Assembly (NCBI GenBank): GCA_016207165.1
Contig: JACQQD010000008.1
Span: 64,001 to 128,000, forward strand
Direction of reading: 5' to 3'
From: Candidatus Micrarchaeota archaeon
GTDB lineage: Archaea; Micrarchaeota; Micrarchaeia; Norongarragalinales; Norongarragalinaceae
DNA: 64,000 bases
Of this stretch, positions 1-8,866 are shown piece after piece. Both the position numbers and the translations under genes were made by a program. The notes under the pieces were generated by a model, which was not told the origin of the DNA, made no database searches, and worked only from the letters and a program-made list of their open reading frames with translations. Every line of letters begins with the position of its first letter. Within the stretch, counting starts at the first letter, position 1.

Positions 1-92
1 GTTCTCCAGCGACCCCCACGGATTGGATTGGATGGCGTGAAACCGCCGTGGCCCATCAATGCCTTCAACGTGGTTCGGATGTGTTCAGACAT
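1..92 (-). CDS. 5' end of a hypothetical protein running off the window edge (MSEHIRTTLKALMGHGG...)
   Basis: ATG at 92 (minus) preceded by purine-rich AGAGGGA; frame open to the window edge; divergent from guaB. Confidence 0.3.
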   Translation of the reverse strand, partial: MSEHIRTTLKALMGHGGFTPSNPIRGGRWR

Positions 93-194
93 GCCGTTTC
101 CCTCTTGTTCTTACTTCTTTCTGCGGGAGCTTTAACCCTTTTGCTTTTGTTGTTCCAAACGTTTTTTAACCCGGATTCCAATGTATAAAAGAAA

Positions 195-277
195 GCAAAT
201 TGAGCGAAGCGAAGGAGGGTTGCCGTCCGACGCGACCAATTGCTCAAGCTCTTTTTTTTCCAGTCCGCTGGTTTTTT
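195..277 (+). promoter_or_regulatory. Structured guaBA leader: nested hairpin followed by a U8 tract (candidate attenuator)
   Basis: TTGAGCGAA (200-208) pairs with TTGCTCAA (240-247) around an inner GGTTG/CGACC stem; T8 at 252-259; second small hairpin CCAG-TCCG-CTGG plus T6. TATA-like TTTTAA at about 164-169. Confidence 0.35.
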
Positions 278-301
278 CCGAGGCTTAGGAGGAAGTGGAC
301 C

Positions 302-1384
302 ATGAACAAGTTCCAGGAAAAAATCGACAACGCCAAGGAAGCGCTCACGTACGACGACGTTTTGATTCGACCTGGCTATTCGGCCGTCTCGATTTCCGAC
401 GTTTCCACAAAAACGCGCATCACTCAGAACATCGAAATTGACTTGCCTATCGTCTCCTCTCCCATGGACACGGTCACGGAAAGCCAACTTGCTATAGCCA
501 TGGCCAAGCGCGGCGGGGTTGGCGTGATCCACTACAACATCAGCGTGCCGGATCAAGTCGCCCACGTGAAAAAAGTCAAGTCGGAAGACTGGTTGGTGGG
601 CGCGGCGGTGGGCCCGCAAGACGACGAGCGCGTCAAAAAGTTGTTGGACGCGGAAGCGGATTTTTTGGTTATTGACACGGCGCACGGCTACCGAAAGTCG
701 GTGTTGGATGCCGTCAAGCGCTACAAGAAAGAAGGCGCCCAAGTGGTCGCCGGCAACATCGTTTCCAAAACCGCCGCCGAGGGACTCGTTGCCGCTGGCG
801 CGGACGGCTTGCGAGTGGGAGTCGGACCAGGATCTATATGCACCACAAGAGTAGTAACCGGCATTGGGGTTCCGCAACTCACAGCGGTCTCGGAAGTCGC
901 CGACTACGCGGCATCCTATAACATCCCCGTGATTGCCGACGGCGGCATCAAGTACTCCGGTGATTTGGCCAAAGCGTTGGCCGCTGGCGCAAACGTGGGG
1001 ATGTTGGGCAACGTCTTGGCAGGCACCGACGAAGCACCCGGTGAACTCATTGAACAGGAAGGCGTCAAGTACAAGAAGTACCGCGGCATGGGGTCTGTTG
1101 AATCCCTGAAAGCGAATTGGGCGAACCGATACGACGCGTTCAAGAAAAGCCTGGTTCCGGAAGGCGTTTCAGGTTTGACCAAGTACCGCGGCTCCGTGGA
1201 ACAAGTCCTCACCCAGTTTGAAGGCGGGTTGAAGAAGGCCATGGTGTACGTGGGCGCGAAAAACTTGGAGGAATTCAAGGAGAAAGCAGTGTTCGTGCGC
1301 ATCACGTCATCGGGGTTCTTGGAAAGCCACCCGCACTCGTTGCTGGGCATCGAGGACACCAGCAATTACGAGGGCAAGAAATGA
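302..1384 (+). CDS. guaB: IMP dehydrogenase (short form without CBS subdomain)
   Basis: [15 protein letters not shown], catalytic [17 protein letters not shown] and YRGMGS motifs; SD AGGAGG at about 287-292 favours ATG 302. Confidence 0.97.
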   Translation: MNKFQEKIDNAKEALTYDDVLIRPGYSAVSISDVSTKTRITQNIEIDLPIVSSPMDTVTESQLAIAMAKRGGVGVIHYNISVPDQVAHVKKVKSEDWLVGAAVGPQDDERVKKLLDAEADFLVIDTAHGYRKSVLDAVKRYKKEGAQVVAGNIVSKTAAEGLVAAGADGLRVGVGPGSICTTRVVTGIGVPQLTAVSEVADYAASYNIPVIADGGIKYSGDLAKALAAGANVGMLGNVLAGTDEAPGELIEQEGVKYKKYRGMGSVESLKANWANRYDAFKKSLVPEGVSGLTKYRGSVEQVLTQFEGGLKKAMVYVGAKNLEEFKEKAVFVRITSSGFLESHPHSLLGIEDTSNYEGKK

Positions 1385-2877
1385 TTGCCGTCCTGGATTT
1401 CGGGGGCCAGTACACGCACTTGATTGCCCGGCGTTTCCGGGATCTGCGCGTGGCCGTCCGCATTTTTCCCCACGCGGTTTCGCCCTCGGATCTAACGGAC
1501 GCCTCCGGCATCGTTTTTTCGGGCGGGCCGTCCAGCGTCTACGCTCAAAACGCGCCCCTTCCGGACCCGAAGATTTTTGACTTGGGAAAACCGATTCTGG
1601 GGTTGTGCTTCGGCCATCAATTCATGGCCAAGCATTTCGGCGGCGACGTGAAGCGTTCTTCCCGCGAGTACGGCGCGCGCACCATTGACGTGGTGAAAAA
1701 ACAAGGCGTGCTCAAAGGCCTCAACCGTCGGGAAACCGTGTGGTTCTCGCACGGCGACACCGTGTTGAGCGTACCGCAAGGCTTCGAGGTCCTCGCCCAA
1801 AGCGGGGACGCCATCGCCGCTTATCAAAAGGGTAACTGGTTCGGCTTGCAGTTCCACCCGGAAGTCCACCACACGCCCTGCGGGCAAAAAGTGCTGGAAA
1901 ACTTCGCTTTTGCCGTGTGCGGCGAGAAAAAGTTGACGTCTACGTTCTCCGTGGAACTGTTGCAGCAAGACGCCAAGGCCCGCGTCGGCGAGAAAAACGT
2001 CGTCATGGGCGTGTCCGGCGGCGTGGACTCCACCGTCGCCGCGTTTCTACTCAAAAAGCCGTTGGGCAAGAAGCTGTACCCGATTTTCGTGGACACGGGT
2101 TTGATGCGGAACGGCGAAGTCGCCGAAATCAAGGCGTTTTTCAAGGATTTCCCGAATTTCGTGGCCGTGGATGCCTCCCAACGATTTCTCTCGCAACTCG
2201 AAGGCGTCTCGGACCCAGAACAAAAAAGAAAAATCATCGGCCACTTGTTCGTGGACGTGTTCGAGCAAGCCGCCCAAAAGGTTGCGGACGTCGGGTTTCT
2301 CGCTCAAGGGACGATTTTTTCGGACCGCGTGGAATCCGCGGCCACCAGTTCCGTTTCCTCGAAAATCAAGTCCCACCACAACCTCACTTTGCCGGAAAAA
2401 ATGAAGTGGACTGTCTTGGAGCCGTTGGCGGAACTCTACAAGGACGAAGTGCGGGCTTTGGGCGCAACGCTGGGTGTTCCGGCGGAAATCATCGGCCGCC
2501 ACCCGTTTCCGGGCCCGGGTTTGGCCATTAACATCGTCGGCGAAGTCACGCCGGAAAAACTGGGCATCGTCCGCCAGGCCGACTTCATTTTCATCGAGGA
2601 ACTCAAGAAATCGGGTTGGTACGACAAGGTGTTTGAAGCGTTTGCCGCGGTTCTGCCTTGCAAGACGGTGGGTGTCAAAGGCGACGAGCGCTCCTATGAA
2701 TACCCCGTGGTTCTGCGTTGCGTCCACTCCAGAGACGTCATGACGGCCGACTGGGTCAAGTTGCCCCACGACCTTCTCCAGACCGTCTCCAGCCGCATTC
2801 TCAATGAAGTGGAAGGCGTGAACCGTGTGTTCTACGATGTTTCGCAAAAGCCGCCTTCGACCATTCGATACGAATGA
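1381..2877 (+). CDS. guaA: GMP synthase (glutamine-hydrolysing), fused GATase and ATP-PPase domains
   Basis: LDFGGQY, GLCFGHQ, QFHPEV, SGGVDS, IKSHHN, RHPFPGPGL and KPPSTI motifs; ATGA overlap with guaB. Confidence 0.97.
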   Translation: MIAVLDFGGQYTHLIARRFRDLRVAVRIFPHAVSPSDLTDASGIVFSGGPSSVYAQNAPLPDPKIFDLGKPILGLCFGHQFMAKHFGGDVKRSSREYGARTIDVVKKQGVLKGLNRRETVWFSHGDTVLSVPQGFEVLAQSGDAIAAYQKGNWFGLQFHPEVHHTPCGQKVLENFAFAVCGEKKLTSTFSVELLQQDAKARVGEKNVVMGVSGGVDSTVAAFLLKKPLGKKLYPIFVDTGLMRNGEVAEIKAFFKDFPNFVAVDASQRFLSQLEGVSDPEQKRKIIGHLFVDVFEQAAQKVADVGFLAQGTIFSDRVESAATSSVSSKIKSHHNLTLPEKMKWTVLEPLAELYKDEVRALGATLGVPAEIIGRHPFPGPGLAINIVGEVTPEKLGIVRQADFIFIEELKKSGWYDKVFEAFAAVLPCKTVGVKGDERSYEYPVVLRCVHSRDVMTADWVKLPHDLLQTVSSRILNEVEGVNRVFYDVSQKPPSTIRYE

Positions 2878-2922
2878 TTTATATATCATTTGATGCATTT
2901 TTGATGCATTGGTGATGCATTT
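2878..2922 (+). promoter_or_regulatory. TATA box plus three TGATGCAT repeats at 11-bp spacing (likely antitoxin operator)
   Basis: TTTATATA at 2878-2885; TGATGCAT at 2891, 2902 and 2913, the last overlapping the antitoxin start codon. Confidence 0.6.
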
Positions 2923-3169
2923 GCGTACGACGGTGGCGTTGGAAGGCGCCGTGGAATTGATTCTGGAAAAAGCCGTCAAGCTGGGCTTGGCGCGATCCAA
3001 GACGGACGCCTTGCGGATGGGCGTTTTTGCCTTGAACAAGGAATACCATCTGGTCAAAGACTTGGAGTTGGAAATGGTTGGACGCAAAATTGAGGCTCAA
3101 AAAGCGGAAATGAAGCGCAAAGGCCGCCGGTATCTTTCCGAAGAAGAAGCGTTGGGAAAATACCGGTGA
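2915..3169 (+). CDS. Ribbon-helix-helix-type antitoxin
   Basis: Beta strand RTTVAL followed by helices with SKTDALR; C-terminal YLSEEEAL; directly upstream of a RelE-like gene. Confidence 0.75.
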   Translation: MHLRTTVALEGAVELILEKAVKLGLARSKTDALRMGVFALNKEYHLVKDLELEMVGRKIEAQKAEMKRKGRRYLSEEEALGKYR

Positions 3170-3175
3170 TTTTTC

Positions 3176-3445
3176 TTGGATTTGTCGGAATGGCGCATCG
3201 AGTTTGAGCCGAATTGGGATCACCATTTCAGGAAATTCGATCGGAACACGCAACTTAAAATCATCAAGAAAATCGATCACATGAAGCAACCCCTCGTGGG
3301 CCGCGGACTTCATGGTTCTCCGTACATGGTTGAGGAAGTCGGCCAATACCGGATTGCCTTTGAACAAGACGAAAAAACGCGTACCAAAACCGTTCACTTT
3401 GTTGGCAATCACAAGCAATACGAGGCGTGGTATCGTTCGTTGTAA
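3176..3445 (+). CDS. relE: RelE/ParE-family toxin
   Basis: 89 aa; WRIEF...FRKFD...IIKKI, VGQYRIAF and FVGNH..Y match the RelE pattern. Confidence 0.8.
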   Translation: MDLSEWRIEFEPNWDHHFRKFDRNTQLKIIKKIDHMKQPLVGRGLHGSPYMVEEVGQYRIAFEQDEKTRTKTVHFVGNHKQYEAWYRSL

Positions 3446-3461
3446 GCGGATTTTGGGCGTT

Positions 3462-3929
3462 CTATTTAAGGTAGCCTTGGATGCGGGCTTTGCCGTTGGA
3501 CTTCTGGATTTTCAAGTCAAACGCTTGGTTCAGCGTGCGTTCGCCGAATCCTCTGGCGCGGATGAGGTCGTCTTCCGCGAAACGCCCTTTTCCAAGAAAC
3601 GACAATGCGCCGTACAATTTGGCGAAAAACGTGTTTTTCTCCACTTGCGCCCCCCTTTTTTTGAGTAGGGCCGTTCCATCGTCTCCGGACGCGTTCTTGA
3701 TGCCAAACACCGACACTTTTTTTCCGGTCCACTCGCGTTTTTCGACGTAGTCGTTTAGCGAAAACGTTTTTCCTTGCTTGCCGCCCAAAAAAACGAAGTC
3801 AACGCCTTGAGGGTCCGGGTTTTTGGAAACGGATTGAAGCACGGCTTGGTGCCCGATTTCCTTGACGCCTTCGGCCACGGCTTCCGCCAGTTTTTGCACG
3901 GCGTCGTCAAAAACGATCAAGACGTTCAT
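3462..3929 (-). CDS. Flavodoxin-like fold protein (degenerate FMN phosphate loop)
   Basis: MNVLIVF, KLAEAVAEG, DFVFLG, GKKVSVFG, and ARGFGE at the C-terminal helix. Confidence 0.7.
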   Translation of the reverse strand: MNVLIVFDDAVQKLAEAVAEGVKEIGHQAVLQSVSKNPDPQGVDFVFLGGKQGKTFSLNDYVEKREWTGKKVSVFGIKNASGDDGTALLKKRGAQVEKNTFFAKLYGALSFLGKGRFAEDDLIRARGFGERTLNQAFDLKIQKSNGKARIQGYLK

Positions 3930-3966
3930 GGAGACAACTCAACGGCGTTCAAGCATAAATGCTTTG

Positions 3967-4013
3967 CAGTAAGCCCAGGCCTATTCGTCGTGAAATTTAC
4001 GGGTCTTACGCTG
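3967..4013. repeat. Dispersed hairpin repeat, copy A
   Basis: Imperfect stem CAGTAAGCCC/GGGTCTTACGCTG; core CCTATTCGTCGTGAAATTT (3980-3998) is identical to 20191-20209. Confidence 0.75.
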
Positions 4014-4021
4014 TCCGTGGT

Positions 4022-4810
4022 TCAGAAATACGCGGAAAGCGGGGCGGCATTGATTTTCCTTCCCACCGCGTCCGGCAACCCGAACACGCGGCGCTCCCCG
4101 TTCTGCTGCAAAAACAAGACGGGTCCCTTCCACCCCGTCACCGTGCCTTGAAGCGTGGGCGTGGGCCGCGCGTCCAACGAATCGGGGTAATGGCGTTGAA
4201 GGCTTTGCACGGGCTTTTCCACGGAATTCTCCGGAAACGCGTCGCGCACGCGCCGGATGTGGGGTTGCTCCAACTCGTCTTTCAGAAGCGTCCCATCGGG
4301 CTTGGGTAGTTTCATCTTGTCTCCCAGCACGATGCGGGCCGCCAAACCGGTTCGAAACAAGGCGGATTCAATGACGCGCGCTTTCTGCCCGTTCAACCCC
4401 GAAAACGCTTCCAAGGCAAAGTCGGCGCCTTGCTCGACCCACCGCTTTTCCAGTCGGCTCGTCTTGGAGATGCCGGCTTTCACGGTTTGCCCAAACGACG
4501 CCAAATACACGGAGTACTCTTTTCCAAAACAATCGTCCTTGAGTTGGGAATTAAACTGGAGGCACGTAGCCCCGTCGCACCGCAAACAGACCAGGAAATC
4601 GTCTTCTTTGGCGCATGACGAGCACTGCTTGCGCCCAATACGCGTTTCAGGACAAACATGGCGTTGCCCGCTTCGGGAGTATCCCAGGCAATGCACTTCG
4701 GGATGCAGAGCCAAGTCGACGGCGGAGCCTTTTTCCAATAGCTGGGTTTTTTCGCCGATGTGCAGCTGCGGCACCCATTCGTCGGAATACGAAACGCGTT
4801 CGATGAGCAT
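4022..4810 (-). CDS. DUF2797-family protein (Zn-finger/GIY-YIG-like)
   Basis: HCLGY...CP...QCSSC, C..C.G..C, YSVYLASFG..VKAGIS, RWVEQGA and GWKG motifs; start placed at MLIERV. Confidence 0.8.
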   Translation of the reverse strand: MLIERVSYSDEWVPQLHIGEKTQLLEKGSAVDLALHPEVHCLGYSRSGQRHVCPETRIGRKQCSSCAKEDDFLVCLRCDGATCLQFNSQLKDDCFGKEYSVYLASFGQTVKAGISKTSRLEKRWVEQGADFALEAFSGLNGQKARVIESALFRTGLAARIVLGDKMKLPKPDGTLLKDELEQPHIRRVRDAFPENSVEKPVQSLQRHYPDSLDARPTPTLQGTVTGWKGPVLFLQQNGERRVFGLPDAVGRKINAAPLSAYF

Positions 4811-4906
4811 GTACGGTTTTTCTTTTGTGGTCAAGCCGTTTTTAACGTGGGGGCGGCCTGGCCGGTGAAGAGGCCTTAAAAAGTCGGCATGCGCTTTTTC
4901 AGTCAT

Positions 4907-6412
4907 ATGCGAAAACCTCTTGCCTCGCGCGTGCTGGACCGAATGCATGGCGTTGATTCCGCCGTCCGAGAGGATCCTCGTGTCAAGCCGTTCATCAAGA
5001 ATGCCATTCGGCTGGCTTCGGATCGCGTCAGGGACCCCCGGGGAATTCTGCGTGATTTGGTGCGAAATCGCGATCTCGTGGAACGACTTTCCTCGGCGGT
5101 TTCAAATAAAAAAGCCATTCGCGGCATGCTCCACACACTGCTGGTCCGCCATCCTGAATCGGCTGTGGACGCGTACTCGGCGGTGCTTGAACATGATTTC
5201 CGAAGGACGCATCATGTGTCACTTTCTGAAGCGGAGTCCTCCAGGGAGGAAAAGCTCGCGTCCGCGGCGGCGCTTACGCGTGAGCGGTTGTCTCTAGTTC
5301 GAACGCAGCTAGTTGATGCGGTCAAAGGGTACACGCATGCTTTTTCAGGAGGGGGCATTGCGCCGACCCCGTATGCGCTGATTGAAGAAACAAGGCCCGA
5401 ACTCCATCTTCTCCCCGGAAAAGGCGGCTTCGCCTATGAGGATAAGCTCAACGTGAAGGAACTTTGCGAAGCCGCCAACCGCCAGGGCGTTGACCCCAAC
5501 GTCTTGTTGGATCACTTCAGCGAAATACCGCCTCGAATGTTGCTGGAATTGGACATGGATCCAGCTGGGCGAGTGCATCCCGCGTTGGACGTGTTGCTGT
5601 TTCGGGAACCCGATCCCGTCTTTCCTGGTTTTCTTCCGTATGCGCATCGCATCCTCGAAACCGCACGCCGGGAAAATCCAGGACTTCTCAAAGAGTTCGG
5701 GGTAACGGATACCCGAAAAAAAGCGGAGGAGATCGCGGAGAAGGCCGAGCGAGCCACTCTGAATTACTACAAGCGCCATGAACTCCCGGTTGACCGCGCG
5801 AAAGGAGGGGAGGCCATCGCACCCCCTTTGTTTCGTCGACTTTCGTTCTGGTGGAATGGGCTGCCGATGAATTTTGCATCCAATTCCTTTGTCAACAATT
5901 TTTTTCGCATTCTCAAGGAAAAGCATCAACGGCCCCTTTTGTCAGATCGCCAAAACATTTTGATGGAGCTAAAGCCACGTCCTCGTGGTCTTTTTCCATT
6001 TTTTGGCTTCACGGACTTGCGATCGTTTGGCCGCGTGATTTCAAGGGAGAACCTGGAATTGCCTTTGGACCCTGAAGTAGACCGCGAACCCGAGGACCGT
6101 TATGGTACGTTTTTTGATCGCGTTACGCCGGATGCGTACGGCTTGGACGTGCATTACCTGATGTTATCCGACCCATCCGTTGTCAAGCGGGCACATCGTG
6201 CGCTTTACACGGTGTATATGCGACGAAGATGGGATTACCACGTAGAGGGTCTTGTTGACCGTTTTACCACAGGCCGTTATCAGCTCCAGAAAAAACGGGA
6301 TTTAGAAATCGATGCGGCATGCGACGAAGCAGATCAAAACATCGACTGGTACCGGGAACACTTTCTGGAAGCCCGCCGCATCCGCCTGTCCAAATCCGGC
6401 CGGAACAGCTAG
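4907..6412 (+). CDS. Hypothetical Arg-rich soluble protein (ORFan-like)
   Basis: About 500-codon ORF filling the gap between genes; no recognisable motif; more T-ending codons than its neighbours. Confidence 0.7.
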   Translation: MRKPLASRVLDRMHGVDSAVREDPRVKPFIKNAIRLASDRVRDPRGILRDLVRNRDLVERLSSAVSNKKAIRGMLHTLLVRHPESAVDAYSAVLEHDFRRTHHVSLSEAESSREEKLASAAALTRERLSLVRTQLVDAVKGYTHAFSGGGIAPTPYALIEETRPELHLLPGKGGFAYEDKLNVKELCEAANRQGVDPNVLLDHFSEIPPRMLLELDMDPAGRVHPALDVLLFREPDPVFPGFLPYAHRILETARRENPGLLKEFGVTDTRKKAEEIAEKAERATLNYYKRHELPVDRAKGGEAIAPPLFRRLSFWWNGLPMNFASNSFVNNFFRILKEKHQRPLLSDRQNILMELKPRPRGLFPFFGFTDLRSFGRVISRENLELPLDPEVDREPEDRYGTFFDRVTPDAYGLDVHYLMLSDPSVVKRAHRALYTVYMRRRWDYHVEGLVDRFTTGRYQLQKKRDLEIDAACDEADQNIDWYREHFLEARRIRLSKSGRNS

Positions 6413-6579
6413 CCAATCAAGTACCCGCCGTCCACCACGAGCACGTGGCCGGTGACGGCGTCGTTCTGGCAGAGAAGCAAGACGCCGTTCGCGCCTTTTT
6501 CGCCAAACGCCAAGGCGGTGGCGGAACCGATGCCGGAACTGGAGCCCGTAACCAAGACCATTTTGTCTTTGACGTCCAT
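6409..6579 (-). pseudogene. Internally deleted short-chain dehydrogenase/reductase (56 aa)
   Basis: N-terminal VLVTGSSSGIG..TALAF..GA joined in frame to the C-terminal SDR motif VTGHVLVVDGG; the catalytic YxxxK region is absent. Confidence 0.8.
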
Positions 6580-6605
6580 GGATGGACGTGTTGGCGGCGT
6601 GGGGG

Positions 6606-8363
6606 TTAATGGCTTGCGGGGTGGTCCGGCGTGTGGGTAGCGTGGTGTTGGACGGCGGCGGCCACAAAGGCTTTGAAAAGCGGTTGGGGGGAAAGCGGGC
6701 GGGACGTGAATTCGGGATGGAACTGGACGCCGACGAAGAAGGGGTGGTTGGGCAATTCCAGGATTTTCATGATGGGGTGCTTGGGGTCTTTGCCGGAAAA
6801 AACGATTCCGCTTTTTTCGAATAACTCGATGTATTTGGGGTTGCACTCGTATCGGTGCCGAAAGCGTTCGCGAATCGACGTGGCGCCGTAGTATTTTTCG
6901 GCCAGGGTGTCCTTGACGATGTGGATGTTTTGTCCGCCCAGCCGCATGTTGCCGCCCAGCCCCTCTTTCTCTTTTTGTTCCGGCAGAATGTCGACGACGT
7001 CTTCCTTTGTCTCGGGATCGATTTCCGTGGTGTTCGCGTTTTTCAGGCCCAAGACGTTGCGGGCAAATTCCACCAGAGCCATCTGGAAGCCGTAGCACAA
7101 GCCAAAGTAAGGGAGTTTTTGTTCGCGGGCGTGCTGGATGCACAGGATTTTGCCTTCCGCGCCGCGCGCGCCAAAGCCTCCGGGCACGATGACGCCGTCA
7201 ACGCCTTCCAGTGTTTTCGCGGCGTCCTCCCGTGACTTGATTTTCGTTGTTTCCACCCACTCCACAATGACGTGGGCGTCATTGGCCGCTCCGGCATGTT
7301 CCAAGGCGTTCAGGATGGAGGCGTACGCGTCGTGCAGGCCCGTGTATTTTCCGGTGATGGCGATTTTGATTTCGGTTTTCGGGGACTTGATTTTTTCTTC
7401 GAATTCCTGCCAGCGCGCCAACGCCTTTTCCTGGGTCTTGAGTTTCGCTTTCAGCTGCAGGATATCGGTGACGGCCGCGTCGGCGCCGGCTTGCTTGATG
7501 GCCAGGGGCACGGCGTAAATGCTTTCCGCGTCCGGCAAACTGATGACTCGGTCCAGCGGCACGTTGGAGAAAATCGAGAGTTTCTCGCGGATTTTTTCGG
7601 GGATGGGTTCGTGCGACCGGCAGACCACCAAATGGGGTTGGATGCCCATGCTCATCAACTGGCGGATGCCCAGTTGCGCGGCCTTGGACTTGTGTTCGCC
7701 CAAGGAATCGGGTTTGAGGATGTACGTGACGTTAACGAAGCAGGAATTGCCGGGGCCCTCCTCGTACGCCATTTCGCGAAGCGCTTCAATGGCGTAGCTG
7801 TTTTCGATGTCCCCCACGGTTCCGCCCACTTCGATGAGCACCACGTCGGCTTGCGTCTGTACCGCCAGGGTGCGGATGAAGGACTTGATTTCCCCGGTGA
7901 CGTGCGGAATGAATTGCACGTCGCGGCCGAGGTATTTGCCGTCGCGTTCGCGTTGAATGATTCCGGAGAACAGTTTTCCGGCGGTCAAGTAATTTTGTTT
8001 CGAAAGCTCTTGGTCCAGGAAGCGTTCGTACGTGCCGAGGTCCATGTCGCATTCCGTGCCGTCGTCCAGGACAAAAACTTCTCCGTGGCGGTAGGGGTTC
8101 AAGGTGCCGGCGTCCACGTTCAAGTAGCCGTCGAACTTCATGGCCTCGACTTTCAGCCCCTGGTCCTTGAGGAGTTTGGCAAGCGACGCGGAAAAAATGC
8201 CTTTGCCGACTCCTGAAATCACGGAGCCGGTGACGATGACGTACTTGGTCTTCCCGAATTCGTAGTTTTTGGGGATGGGGGTGTAGAATTCGTGTTCGTC
8301 GGTTTTCTTTGCGAGGCTCTTGATGAGCTGTTCCTGTTCGGTTTGCTCTTTTTTGGCGATCAT
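6606..8363 (-). CDS. pyrG: CTP synthase (with short N-terminal extension)
   Basis: TKYVIVTGSVISGVGKG, YLNVDAGT, HGEVFV, VPGGFG, GLCYGFQ, ERFRHRYE and QFHPEF motifs. Confidence 0.97.
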   Translation of the reverse strand: MIAKKEQTEQEQLIKSLAKKTDEHEFYTPIPKNYEFGKTKYVIVTGSVISGVGKGIFSASLAKLLKDQGLKVEAMKFDGYLNVDAGTLNPYRHGEVFVLDDGTECDMDLGTYERFLDQELSKQNYLTAGKLFSGIIQRERDGKYLGRDVQFIPHVTGEIKSFIRTLAVQTQADVVLIEVGGTVGDIENSYAIEALREMAYEEGPGNSCFVNVTYILKPDSLGEHKSKAAQLGIRQLMSMGIQPHLVVCRSHEPIPEKIREKLSIFSNVPLDRVISLPDAESIYAVPLAIKQAGADAAVTDILQLKAKLKTQEKALARWQEFEEKIKSPKTEIKIAITGKYTGLHDAYASILNALEHAGAANDAHVIVEWVETTKIKSREDAAKTLEGVDGVIVPGGFGARGAEGKILCIQHAREQKLPYFGLCYGFQMALVEFARNVLGLKNANTTEIDPETKEDVVDILPEQKEKEGLGGNMRLGGQNIHIVKDTLAEKYYGATSIRERFRHRYECNPKYIELFEKSGIVFSGKDPKHPIMKILELPNHPFFVGVQFHPEFTSRPLSPQPLFKAFVAAAVQHHATHTPDHPASH

Positions 8364-8473
8364 GCACCCACGTTCCAACACAACGACTGGCGTCTAAGGC
8401 TGAAAGGGCTAAAAAATCCGTGCCTGTTATTCTTTTCGTGGCGGAAGTATTTAAGCGTTCACGTGGCCTTTTC

Positions 8474-8845
8474 TCACAAAAGCAACAGGACGATGAGCAC
8501 GAAGACCAGCACGCTTTGGAGGCTGGTTCCGCCGGTCATGGCCGCCGCGGTTTCTGTCAGCGAAATGGGGCCGACCAGTCGATTGAACAGCTGCACGCCG
8601 CCAAGTCCCAATAAGACGATGATGACCCAGGGCAGGATGCCTAAGATGAATGCGATGATGCCAAAGACGATGTTGATTCCGACGATGGCTTTAAACACGT
8701 CCAGAAGCAGGCTCCAGGCGTAAAACGAGGCGCCGGTGCCGAAGCCGTTTTCGCCCAAGCCCATCAAGACGACGGTGGCGAACAGAAGCCCGTAAAACCA
8801 AAGAATCGGGCCTTCCAAGCGAAACACGGAATCCAGGATTCCCAT
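8474..8845 (-). CDS. Small multi-pass membrane protein
   Basis: Three to four hydrophobic segments; co-oriented directly after gatB. Confidence 0.7.
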   Translation of the reverse strand: MGILDSVFRLEGPILWFYGLLFATVVLMGLGENGFGTGASFYAWSLLLDVFKAIVGINIVFGIIAFILGILPWVIIVLLGLGGVQLFNRLVGPISLTETAAAMTGGTSLQSVLVFVLIVLLLL

Positions 8846-8866
8846 ACCACTATGCGGTGGTAACAA

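Noticed and set aside
200-301. N-terminal extensions given by the ORF track (guaB from 200; also gatC 11922, S-layer 14881, GT 63908, antitoxin 50788)
   Set aside because: Downstream starts have better SD or overlap context and match family N-termini.
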